Origin: an uncultured SAR86 cluster bacterium
GTDB lineage: Bacteria; Pseudomonadota; Gammaproteobacteria; Magnimaribacterales; TMED112
Assembly (NCBI GenBank): GCA_902619265.1
Contig: CACNDL010000002.1
Coordinates: forward strand, 8,505 to 72,504
Direction of reading: 5' to 3'
Length of the DNA: 64,000 nt
The position numbers and the translations under genes were made by a program. Positions 1 through 8,679 of the stretch are shown one piece after another. Position 1 is the first letter of the stretch, and each line of letters opens with the position of its first letter. Under the pieces are notes generated by a model. The model made no database searches. It was not told where the DNA came from and worked only from the letters and a program-made list of their open reading frames with translations.

Positions 1-236
1 CCAATATTACCAGCTCTTGGAAGGGTAGCAGTAAGTGAAAAACCAACTGCAATTGCAGCATCAACAGCATTTCCACCTTTATTTAAGATTTCTATACCAA
101 TATCTGAAGATAAATAATTCTGTGAAACAACAATTCCTGATTCTGTATAAGTCGAATGATAGGGGTGAGGATAATCAATTAAGCTTGATTGGCTGAATGC
201 TAAATTTGATATTAACAGTAAAACTAATCTAAACAT
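1..236 (-). CDS. ggt: gamma-glutamyltranspeptidase, N-terminal part (gene runs off left window edge)
   Basis: Own translation from ATG 236-234: MFRLVLLLISNLAFSQ (signal peptide) ... ILNKGGNAVDAAIAVGFSLTATLPRAGNIG, the conserved GGT N-terminal block. It is open-ended, so it is absent from the ORF track. A paralog lies at 38920-40605. Confidence 0.7.
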   Translation of the reverse strand, partial: MFRLVLLLISNLAFSQSSLIDYPHPYHSTYTESGIVVSQNYLSSDIGIEILNKGGNAVDAAIAVGFSLTATLPRAGNI

Positions 237-1724
237 CTAGAAAATTAATGGTAACACAAAGGTTGAAAATGCCGTCACAACTAAGATTCCTAAAATATTA
301 AAATAAAGTCCAGCTTTCATCATTTGTGCAATAGTAAATTTTTCAGAACCATATACTATGGCATTTGGAGGTGTTGCTACCGGTAACATGAAAGCACAGC
401 TTGCTGCTAGAGCAACAGGAATAGCTAATTGCGCTACAAGGCTTAAATTGCTCGTCCCATCAGGTAATAAATTTCCTTCAACTGTAGCCAAAATTATCAT
501 TATGGGCACAAAAGTTGCAGTTGTTGCCTGGTTGCTTGTAAGCTCAGTGAGAAAGACAATTAGAACCACAATCAACAGTATTAATAATACAGCGCTAATA
601 TCAGGTATAAGACCACCAATCCACTTACCTAAACCGGAGCTCATGATAGCGTTTGCCATTGATAAACCACCACCAAATAAAATCAAAATACCCCAAGGTA
701 GTTTTGTTGTAATGCTCCATTCAATAAGACCCGAACCTTGGCTTGATCTTGTAATGAATACTGCAAGTGCAGCTATTATAGCAATACCATAGTCTGTAAG
801 GCCTTGAAGGAGATAGGTATCATCTAGAAGATCTCTAAATATCCATGCTAGTGCTGTAAGAATAAATATTAATAAAACTCTTTTTTCGTCAACTGTTATA
901 GCACCTAATTGTTGATACATTTCTTGTAAAGAATTCTTTGTTTCCTTATTGGCACTTATATTGACGGGAAAGATTATACTCGTAAGCAACCACCAACCAA
1001 CAACCAACATGATAATTGAAATTGGTAAAGCAAGAAGCATCCACTGATTAAAAGATACTTCAAGACCTTGTTCCTGTATTAAGCTAATCACGACAATATT
1101 AGGCGCTGTGCCAATAGGAGTAGAGATTCCACCAATTGTAGCGGCGTAAGCTATACCTAAAAGTAATGCTGTCTGAAAATTAGTAAAATCTTTATCAAGA
1201 TTTGTGGTTTTTCTCACCACACCAGCAATAGCTAGACCAATTGGAAGAAGCATCAAAGTTGTAGAAGTATTCATTATCCACATACTTATAAATGCACTTA
1301 CAAGCATAAAGCCTCCAATTAAATATTTTGCATCAGTGCCTAAAGATAGAAGCATCTTCAAAGCAATTCTTTTATGTAAATTTACTTTCTCAATAGCTAG
1401 AGCAAGAATAAACCCACCTAAGAAAAGAAATACATTTGGATGTGCGTAAGGAGCTGCTGCTTTTGTAAATGCACTTTTAGGAGGGTTAGCAGCATCGCTA
1501 AAATCATAAATACCTAGTAAAGGAAATAAGGCGAGGGGGATTAATGCTGTAACCGGTAGTGGAATTGCTTCAGTAGCCCACCAGCTTGCCATTAATAATA
1601 CTACGCCAGTGACATACCAACCAGAGATTGAAAGTCCTGCTGGAGGAGAAGTTAGAAGTGTAAAAGAAAGAAAAATTAAACCAATAAAAAAACCAATTGT
1701 TTTTGGATTAGAAAAATTTTTCAT
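237..1724 (-). CDS. SLC13/DASS-family Na+-coupled anion (di/tricarboxylate or sulfate) symporter
   Basis: 495-aa polytopic membrane protein with two hairpin-tip motifs of DASS carriers (WIMNTSTT, LTSNQATTATF) and paired PNIVV / PPNAIVY segments. Confidence 0.75.
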   Translation of the reverse strand: MKNFSNPKTIGFFIGLIFLSFTLLTSPPAGLSISGWYVTGVVLLMASWWATEAIPLPVTALIPLALFPLLGIYDFSDAANPPKSAFTKAAAPYAHPNVFLFLGGFILALAIEKVNLHKRIALKMLLSLGTDAKYLIGGFMLVSAFISMWIMNTSTTLMLLPIGLAIAGVVRKTTNLDKDFTNFQTALLLGIAYAATIGGISTPIGTAPNIVVISLIQEQGLEVSFNQWMLLALPISIIMLVVGWWLLTSIIFPVNISANKETKNSLQEMYQQLGAITVDEKRVLLIFILTALAWIFRDLLDDTYLLQGLTDYGIAIIAALAVFITRSSQGSGLIEWSITTKLPWGILILFGGGLSMANAIMSSGLGKWIGGLIPDISAVLLILLIVVLIVFLTELTSNQATTATFVPIMIILATVEGNLLPDGTSNLSLVAQLAIPVALAASCAFMLPVATPPNAIVYGSEKFTIAQMMKAGLYFNILGILVVTAFSTFVLPLIF

Positions 1725-1753
1725 AAAAAAAAAGGCGCGAAATTAATCGCGCC
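1725..1753 (-). terminator. rho-independent terminator after the TBDR gene; its U-tract abuts the DASS start codon
   Basis: On the minus strand: GGCGCGA-ttaatt-TCGCGCC followed by nine U, then immediately ATG (1724-1722). Confidence 0.7.
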
Positions 1754-1769
1754 TTATTCAGATTAACAT

Positions 1770-4724
1770 TTAGTAAGTTACTCTAAAGTCTACGTAGAAG
1801 TTTCTTCTTAGATTGTTATCTAAATCTTCAAAGTAGCCTTGTCTAGAAGAAGCCAATGGAGCTCTTCTATCATGCCAGTTATTAACACCTAATCTTATTC
1901 TTAGATCTGCATCATTAAAATCGGTGTAATAATCGCTGTAGACATTCATAGTTTTGAATGGAACAACTTGCCACATTTCACCTGCACGAGCTACTGTTCT
2001 ACTTTCATAGACAGAACTTCTTGCATTTTGGTTAATGCCAAGTGCCCAATCACCTCTACGAAATCTTAGAGATGTATATGATTTTCTCTTAGGTGCGCCA
2101 TCAACTGCAAGCAGATCACCAAAACCTGTAATAGCTGTCACTGGTAAGGCTCCATCTTGCATAGCAGCATCTAGAGTTCTTAATGTTTCACCATATAATT
2201 GCTCTCTCTTAGTTAACATTGAGACTTGATGCTTAAGTGAGAAAGTACCAAAAGCAGTATCTAGATCATAGTAGACGCCTAGATCGTTACCCTCAATACT
2301 TCTATCATTTAAGTTAGCATAGTTGTCTTCAACTCTTTCAGCGAGACCAAAAGGACATAACCCAGCTGCTAAGAATGAAGCTGCATTATCTGGATCTTGT
2401 CTTACAACTGCTGGGTTTCCAATCACGGCACCACAGTTATTTATGTCATTAGTTGAAAGCCTTAAGAAGAGGTCTAACAACATGTGGTTTTCCTCACCAA
2501 ATAAACCAATGGTATTTGTTGAATCAATTGACCATACGTCGTATGTGATAGTTAAGTTATCTGTAGGTTGTAAAACAAGACCTACAGTGCTGTTCTCTGA
2601 TTCTTCAGCTGTAAGTTTTGAGCTACCCATCGCTTGTCTTTGCACTGAGTATCTTCCATCTGAATCATCTGTATCAATACCAAGACCTACCGCATATAGT
2701 GTTGCAGCATCAGTCCTTGTATTGTTACGAACAACCATACTTTCATTAATGGTAATCATATTTGGAGCTCTGAAAGTATCTTGCTGAGATCCTCTTATTT
2801 TGAGAATATCATTAACTACCCAACCAAAAGCTACTCTTGGAACACCAGTTCCTTCAAAGTCACTGTATGCTTCTTGTCTGTAAGCAAGCTGAAGGTCAAA
2901 TTGTTCAACCACTGGAATATTCATTTCAGGGCTGACCAAAGGTACATCAAGCTCTATATAAACTGAGTTCACATTTCGAGCACCATCACTATCGGGAGTA
3001 GGGCTACTATTAGCTAAATCAGAAACATAAGGATATGTATCACCAGGACTTGTTGAAAGTTGGCCATTGGTTCTTCTTTCAGTGAACACAATAGTTCCGT
3101 CCAATCTTGGATCTCTGTCATCCATGAAAGTATCATTTCTTGCTTCAACACCAAAAGCCATACCAACATCTCCACCTGTAATTGTGAAGACATCAGGTTT
3201 TGACATTCTGAAATCTAATGTAGTCATTGTTCTTTCATTTGCTCTGTAAGCATCGACAACAGCTGGTCCAATTCCACCAGGTGTGTAATCAACAGGGTTG
3301 TGTGAAACAAAACCAGTTTGGTATAAACCAGCACCATTGAATGGGTTGTAAGCTGTTTCATCTGTTCGATGTAATAAAGCATCCATTAATGTGTTAGATA
3401 CTCTGTTATGAGTGACATCAAAAGCCTCTGCAACTGAATAAGAAGCTGCTGACTCCCAATCCCATCCATCATCTGTTTGACCTCTAACACCAACGAGGTA
3501 TCTATCTGTTTGCTTATCGTTATCTACAACTCTGGCACCTGCATCAACGAATCTATAGTTATCCATTAGAAGTGCTTTTCCAGTGAAGTTGTAAGGGTTA
3601 GTAGCTGGAACTACAAATTTAACTGAAGAGAAGTGAGAGACTGAGTGTCTGTTACCATTGTATTCACTCTGATATGAACCATATTCAGCAAATAATTCTC
3701 TGCCATCTCCTAAGTCATGATTTAAGAAAACAAAGAGGTTGTGTCTTTGCACAGCACCTAGAATATCTCTTTGACCATTCCAGTTGTGAGTGTAGTTTCC
3801 TGAAGAATCTGATGCAGCACAAACGCCGTTACCAAGATTTAGTAAACAATTAGGATCTCCAGCTGCTTTAATTAAAAATTCTCCAGAACTGTCTGTGTAA
3901 GGAGCAGTTCCACTCATATCAAATTGTCCCCATGATGAGTTTGATGAACATCTGTAGAAAGCACTATCAAATTGTTCAGGCACTAAATCACCATAATCAC
4001 ATCTTCCCATGATTTCATCTTCAGAAGCTGCAACCCTATCTCTTTGGTAGTAACTGAAATACATAGAAACATTAGTGTTACCACCATTAAAATTCTGTCC
4101 ATATTTCATTGAGAATTTATGATCATCTCTATTGAAATGCTCCCAATTCTGAAATCTTCCTCTCATTTGAAATCCTTCAAAATTTGTATCAAGAACATTA
4201 TTAACAACACCAGCAACAGCATCAGAACCATAAATAGCTCCAGCACCGTCTCGAAGTATTTCTACTCTGTCGACCAGTGATACTGGTATGTTGTTAGAGT
4301 TTACCGTTGCGACAGGAATAAAACTTCCTCCAACACTCTCAGTTTGATATGAAGGTGTAGAAATCATTCTTCTACCATTCAAAAGTACTAGTGTATTACC
4401 AGTACCTAATGATCTAATATCAAAAGCTCCGACGTCCCCTCTTGAAGCGTTAACACCGCCTCCGTTAGAACCTACGTCGTTGAACTGGTTAACACCTTGT
4501 TCGGTTAAAGTTGCTAAAAGCTCATCACCTGAGTTGACACCTCTATCGTCGATATCATCAGCTGTAATAACTGTTACAGGCAAGGCTTCATTAATACGAG
4601 CACCCTTGATTTGAGTACCTGTAACAACAACTTCTTCTACGTCATTGCTATCAGCTGATTCTTGTGCATTCACAGAGAATACAACTGCACACATTAATAA
4701 AACTAAATATTTAATCTTGGTCAT
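1770..4724 (-). CDS. TonB-dependent outer-membrane receptor
   Basis: 984 aa. Signal peptide, plug-domain motifs (VVVTGTQIK, LLNGRR, VDRVEILRDGAGAIYGSDAVAGVVN), a long beta-barrel and a C-terminal aromatic residue (..FRVTY). Confidence 0.9.
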   Translation of the reverse strand: MTKIKYLVLLMCAVVFSVNAQESADSNDVEEVVVTGTQIKGARINEALPVTVITADDIDDRGVNSGDELLATLTEQGVNQFNDVGSNGGGVNASRGDVGAFDIRSLGTGNTLVLLNGRRMISTPSYQTESVGGSFIPVATVNSNNIPVSLVDRVEILRDGAGAIYGSDAVAGVVNNVLDTNFEGFQMRGRFQNWEHFNRDDHKFSMKYGQNFNGGNTNVSMYFSYYQRDRVAASEDEIMGRCDYGDLVPEQFDSAFYRCSSNSSWGQFDMSGTAPYTDSSGEFLIKAAGDPNCLLNLGNGVCAASDSSGNYTHNWNGQRDILGAVQRHNLFVFLNHDLGDGRELFAEYGSYQSEYNGNRHSVSHFSSVKFVVPATNPYNFTGKALLMDNYRFVDAGARVVDNDKQTDRYLVGVRGQTDDGWDWESAASYSVAEAFDVTHNRVSNTLMDALLHRTDETAYNPFNGAGLYQTGFVSHNPVDYTPGGIGPAVVDAYRANERTMTTLDFRMSKPDVFTITGGDVGMAFGVEARNDTFMDDRDPRLDGTIVFTERRTNGQLSTSPGDTYPYVSDLANSSPTPDSDGARNVNSVYIELDVPLVSPEMNIPVVEQFDLQLAYRQEAYSDFEGTGVPRVAFGWVVNDILKIRGSQQDTFRAPNMITINESMVVRNNTRTDAATLYAVGLGIDTDDSDGRYSVQRQAMGSSKLTAEESENSTVGLVLQPTDNLTITYDVWSIDSTNTIGLFGEENHMLLDLFLRLSTNDINNCGAVIGNPAVVRQDPDNAASFLAAGLCPFGLAERVEDNYANLNDRSIEGNDLGVYYDLDTAFGTFSLKHQVSMLTKREQLYGETLRTLDAAMQDGALPVTAITGFGDLLAVDGAPKRKSYTSLRFRRGDWALGINQNARSSVYESRTVARAGEMWQVVPFKTMNVYSDYYTDFNDADLRIRLGVNNWHDRRAPLASSRQGYFEDLDNNLRRNFYVDFRVTY

Positions 4725-4829
4725 ATTGAAAACCCCTCTCGTTAAGACTATTTAACTAGAATTAAATCATTTTTTCAAGTTTTAAAACATATTTTAAAAA
4801 GGACTAAAATTATTTAAAATAGCGGGTCT

Positions 4830-4905
4830 GGGGCCATAGCTCAGCTGGGAGAGCGCAACACTGGCAGTGTTGAGGTCAGGGGTTCGATCCCCCTTGGCTC
4901 CACCA
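4830..4905 (+). tRNA. tRNA-Ala (anticodon GGC)
   Basis: 76-nt cloverleaf GGGGCCATAGCTCAGCTGGGAGAGC...GGTTCGATCCCCCTTGGCTCCACCA. It has a G3:U70 pair, anticodon loop CTGGCAG and an encoded CCA. Confidence 0.9.
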
Positions 4906-4922
4906 ACGTTTTTTGGGGGAAT

Positions 4923-5408
4923 ATGGAAATATCATTAATTGGCTGGATACACACTGTTTTAGGGACTTTATCGATATTGGTTGCTTTAATAATTATAGTT
5001 ACGCAAGGTTATATTAAAAGTACGAACAATCTGGGTAAATTCTATATTATCGCTACCTTAATAACTGCTGGAACTGCCTTAATGCTCTTCAAAAATGGAG
5101 GGTTTAATCTTGCACACCTTTTAGCAGTACTTACTATAGTTGCAATTATTCTGGGTTTAACCTCTGAAAAATATAATATTTTTGGATTCTCAAAGTATAT
5201 TCAAGCAATGTCCTACACCGGTAGTGTTTTATTTCATTTGATACCTGGTATTGCTGAGGTCAACAAAAGATTACCTATAAATAATCCGATGGGACTTTCA
5301 GTCCTTGATCCAGTAAACATCCAGTACTACCTAATATTCACAATAATCATAGGAATTACTATTTTGGTTCAATGGTATTTTCTTTGGAAGAAAAAATCTA
5401 AGAGTTAG
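4923..5408 (+). CDS. hypothetical polytopic membrane protein
   Basis: 161-aa ORF with about 5 hydrophobic helices. I recognise no family. Confidence 0.5.
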   Translation: MEISLIGWIHTVLGTLSILVALIIIVTQGYIKSTNNLGKFYIIATLITAGTALMLFKNGGFNLAHLLAVLTIVAIILGLTSEKYNIFGFSKYIQAMSYTGSVLFHLIPGIAEVNKRLPINNPMGLSVLDPVNIQYYLIFTIIIGITILVQWYFLWKKKSKS

Positions 5409-5841
5409 TTTTTTTCCAAATTTTATGAAGCAAATAGAACCAAAAAGCATTAATTATTGGTTCAATAAAAGCATCTACAGCTGCTAAGTTTAGCGGTGCA
5501 TTAAAAATCACCGCTGCGCAGAGAGTGGCAACCATAATATGTCCGACAGTATAAATTACGGTAAGTAAAATATCTGAAAACTGATTTTTAAAAAACTTAT
5601 GTAAAAGATAAAACCAAAAACCATTAACTATTGGTTCAATGAATGCATCGATAGCTGCAAGATTAAAGGACGCGTTGAATATTAGGGATGCACATAAAAT
5701 AGCGATAAAAATATGACCTATGGTATAAATTACAGCTAGACTTAAGCTACCTAATTCCTTGGTTCTTTGAATTATTATTGATGCTAATTGCTCGGTTGGC
5801 TTTTCAGCTGTTTCTCTTATTATGGTTACTAATTCAGTCAT
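5398..5841 (-). CDS. membrane protein with two tandem DUF2061-like repeats
   Basis: An internal duplication is visible: VIYTIGHIFIAILCASLIFNASFNLAAIDAFIEPIVNGFWFYLLHKFFK and VIYTVGHIMVATLCAAVIFNAPLNLAAVDAFIEPIINAFWFYLLHKIWK. The DUF2061 assignment is from memory. Confidence 0.6.
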   Translation of the reverse strand: MTELVTIIRETAEKPTEQLASIIIQRTKELGSLSLAVIYTIGHIFIAILCASLIFNASFNLAAIDAFIEPIVNGFWFYLLHKFFKNQFSDILLTVIYTVGHIMVATLCAAVIFNAPLNLAAVDAFIEPIINAFWFYLLHKIWKKTNS

Positions 5842-6591
5842 TTACTTATTAAGCATAACTCTTCTTTGCCACATTCTATAGGCTTTCCACGCAATTTTTT
5901 GGAGAAAAATTCTATCTTCATCATTTATAGCACCGTAATAGTTAAATTCCAGACCCTCAGGAGATTTACCAGTGACAGAGGCGAACACTGTAGCTGCGCC
6001 CAAATACGTACCAAGTTGGCTTGGGTGAGTTCCGTCTACATGATGAAGTTTTATTTCTGGCTTTTCTTTATACGCAAGTTCATAAGCCAAACCTACCGGA
6101 ATGATAAATGAATTGCTTTCTTTTCCAGCTGCAAAATATGTTTTTGATATTTTTTTGATTAAATTTGGCTCAAATCGGCTGTCAGCTTTTGTGTAAGCAT
6201 GTGTCATGTAAAGAGCAGTCTTTACACCAACGTTTTGTGCTTTTGTGCCATATCTCTTAGCAGTTTGTATAAAGTTTTTTTGATCTTTTGCTGAAATAAC
6301 TTCAGTGCTTCCACCTTGCATTATAAGCAAGTCAATTTGCTGGTCTAAATTCAAATTTTTGGGATTCAGTAAGTGGTCAATATTGTGATGATGTAGTTTT
6401 GAACCACCAATTGCAGACAGCTTAGTTTCTATTTCAGACCCATAATGTTCTCTTAGCATTGGTTCCACATAATTATGAACACTATTGTTGTAATAAAGAT
6501 AACTATTCCCCACAAAGAGAATGTTTTTAGGTTGTTCAGAATGAGTTTGAAGTGCTAGGAAAAGCAGAAGGAGTAATTTAATAAATTTCAT
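5842..6591 (-). CDS. secreted SGNH/GDSL-like hydrolase
   Basis: Signal peptide; block I-like ILFVGNSY and block V-like VDGTHPS. Shares an ATGA overlap with the upstream thioesterase gene. Confidence 0.6.
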   Translation of the reverse strand: MKFIKLLLLLFLALQTHSEQPKNILFVGNSYLYYNNSVHNYVEPMLREHYGSEIETKLSAIGGSKLHHHNIDHLLNPKNLNLDQQIDLLIMQGGSTEVISAKDQKNFIQTAKRYGTKAQNVGVKTALYMTHAYTKADSRFEPNLIKKISKTYFAAGKESNSFIIPVGLAYELAYKEKPEIKLHHVDGTHPSQLGTYLGAATVFASVTGKSPEGLEFNYYGAINDEDRIFLQKIAWKAYRMWQRRVMLNK

Positions 6592-7013
6592 TTCTTTATG
6601 TCCTTGTGCATAGCAGTGAATTCTACCAAAGTGATTAACTCATCTTTTTCGTTCGTAATTTCTATTTCCCAAACAGATGTACTTTTCCCAATATGCTTAG
6701 GTTTGGCTTTGCCAAAAACATAACCTGATTTTGCAGACTTTAAGTGACTTGCATACAAATTTAAACCAACCACAGTTTTTAATTTGGGATCAACGCACAA
6801 GAAGGCAGCAAAACTTGCTACGGATTCAGCTAAGACACATGAAGCTCCACCATGCAAAAGACCCATAGGTTGTTTTGTATTTTCATTCACGGGCATTTTT
6901 GCCAGTAAATAATCTTCACCTATTTCAAGGAATTCAATCTGAAGATGTTTATCAAGGCCAACGTAACCTTGATTTAAGTCAAGGTTGGAATAATCTGTAA
7001 ACCAAATAGCCAT
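6588..7013 (-). CDS. PaaI/YbdB-type hotdog-fold thioesterase
   Basis: 141 aa with the characteristic LHGGASCVLAESVAS segment and hotdog-fold length. Confidence 0.75.
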   Translation of the reverse strand: MAIWFTDYSNLDLNQGYVGLDKHLQIEFLEIGEDYLLAKMPVNENTKQPMGLLHGGASCVLAESVASFAAFLCVDPKLKTVVGLNLYASHLKSAKSGYVFGKAKPKHIGKSTSVWEIEITNEKDELITLVEFTAMHKDIKK

Positions 7014-7053
7014 TAAGGAATTATATATAAAAATTGCTTTAAATTTCTTTTCT

Positions 7054-7244
7054 TCATTTAAGCTTATACGACATAAAAAATGTTGAATTTATGCCAGTTC
7101 TTTTCAATTTAATTGACAAAATAGCTTTATTTACACAAAAAAGTTCAATTTCTTTGATTTAAAGCATAGAATCTAACTAGGTTTTCATCGCTGCTTAGAA
7201 ATTTTACTCAAGAATGTCTGGCCCAACTTCCATTCTGTAATTTA
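7054..7244 (-). pseudogene. decayed remnant of the C-terminal beta-sandwich domain of the adjacent GH13 gene
   Basis: Own translation downstream of the GH13 stop. In another frame: ..KLQNGSWARHS*VKFLSSDENLVRFYALNQRN*. After a further shift: ELFCVNKAILSIKLKRTGINSTFFMSYKLK*. This resembles the ..DDxxIFAYxR..(E)KLLVvxNfs...y..v.KLK end of oligo-1,6-glucosidases. Confidence 0.5.
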
Positions 7245-8597
7245 CTAAGTAGCGAAACCTTTCTTTCTTTGTTTTATAAGCTCCTTTGTATAATTCAACA
7301 TCGAATCTGGATTTTGTTTCTGTTTTTCTACAGATTTGGAAGCATAATCAAGATTTACAGGTAACCAAGTTTTATTCTCACTAAAACCAAGGTTTATTTT
7401 TTTTGGATTCCATGGCATCGGAGTTCTGCAGCCATCTCTGCCTTTAAACTCAGGCCAAAATGCCTTGCCAAAAGGATCTTGCAAATCTTCAAATTTAACT
7501 TCTGTTTCCTGCAATCCTAATTCCTCACCTTGGTAAATACATATATTTCCTTTTAACTCCATGAGTTTCTTCATAATCTCTTTAGTTGGCCTTTTGACCC
7601 TTGAGGCTATTCTCATCGAATCATGATTGCTAAATGACCAACATGGCCAAGAATTTGGATTGTTATGAAAAAATTGATCTACAATTTTATTTGTATCTGA
7701 AAAGTTGAAATCTTCAGATAAGAATTCAAAACAATACGCCATATGAAGCCTTTGATCGTTTGCATATTCGCCGATTACATCTAGAGGATTTTCAGAAACA
7801 ATTTCTCCAACAGAGATTGCATCATATTTATTTAATACTTTCCGTACTCTGCTTAAGTATTCTAAAGTTTCAGGTTGAGTATTATCGTATCTATGGATTT
7901 GTAGGCCGTAAGGATTATCTTTGTTAAACCCTAGTGGTCTTACAAGCTTCGGATCTTTTGCAGGGTTGTCTCTGAGACCGCTATCATGATAAAGAAAATT
8001 TATAACATCAAACCTAAAGCCATCAACACCTAATTTTAGCCAATATTCAATTTCATCAAGCATCTGCTGTTGTACTTCTTCATTATGAAAATTTAAATCA
8101 GGCTGAGAAATAAGAAAGTTATGAAGATAAAATTGGCTTCTTTCATCATGCCACTGCCATGAGCTTCCGCCAAAAACAGATAACCAATTGTTGGGTGGAG
8201 TATTTGGTTCCCCATCAGCCCAAACATACCAGTCAGAGTATTTATTTGCATTTTGTTTTCTACTATTTATAAACCACTCGTGTTCATCAGAAGTATGGCT
8301 TAATACCAAGTCAGTAATTACCTTAATATTTTTTTTGTGATAGACCTCTAGCAATTTCTTAAAATCTTCATTTGTACCGAATAATTTATCTATTTTTCTG
8401 TAGTTCGAGACATCATAACCAAAGTCTTTTTGAGGTGATTCAAAAAATGGAGATATCCAAATGATATCTACTCCAAGATCTGAAATATAATCTACTTGTT
8501 TTGTAATTCCATTCAGATCACCAATCCCATTTCCAGATGTATCCAAGAAAGAGCGAGGGTAAATTTGATAAATTATTTTATTTTGCCAATTATTCAT
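7245..8597 (-). CDS. GH13 alpha-glucosidase / oligo-1,6-glucosidase, C-terminally truncated (possibly non-functional)
   Basis: N-terminus IIYQIYPRSFLDTSGNGIGDLNGI..DLGVDIIWISPFFESPQKDFGYDVSNY, GFRFDVINF, GEIVSE and FSNHD match GH13 regions I-IV. The 450-aa ORF stops right after ..YTKELIKQRKK, where domain C normally begins. Confidence 0.8.
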   Translation of the reverse strand: MNNWQNKIIYQIYPRSFLDTSGNGIGDLNGITKQVDYISDLGVDIIWISPFFESPQKDFGYDVSNYRKIDKLFGTNEDFKKLLEVYHKKNIKVITDLVLSHTSDEHEWFINSRKQNANKYSDWYVWADGEPNTPPNNWLSVFGGSSWQWHDERSQFYLHNFLISQPDLNFHNEEVQQQMLDEIEYWLKLGVDGFRFDVINFLYHDSGLRDNPAKDPKLVRPLGFNKDNPYGLQIHRYDNTQPETLEYLSRVRKVLNKYDAISVGEIVSENPLDVIGEYANDQRLHMAYCFEFLSEDFNFSDTNKIVDQFFHNNPNSWPCWSFSNHDSMRIASRVKRPTKEIMKKLMELKGNICIYQGEELGLQETEVKFEDLQDPFGKAFWPEFKGRDGCRTPMPWNPKKINLGFSENKTWLPVNLDYASKSVEKQKQNPDSMLNYTKELIKQRKKGFAT

Positions 8598-8679
8598 TTA
8601 TTTGTAGATTAGCTTATTTTTTGACAATAGGAATAATTATATTTTTATATATAATCTGTACTATCCGGGGAATTAGCTT

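Noticed and set aside
358-4724. Numerous 60-170-aa ORFs antisense to or nested within the DASS and TBDR genes (e.g. 358-792, 1204-1449, 2035-2229, 2323-2787, 3067-3249). Similar ones occur elsewhere: 5866-6111, 9895-10245, 12005-12365, 43364-43597, 57164-57670 and 59472-59708.
   Set aside because: They lie entirely inside longer ORFs with clear family signatures and have low-complexity or odd composition. They are typical shadow ORFs, with no independent support.
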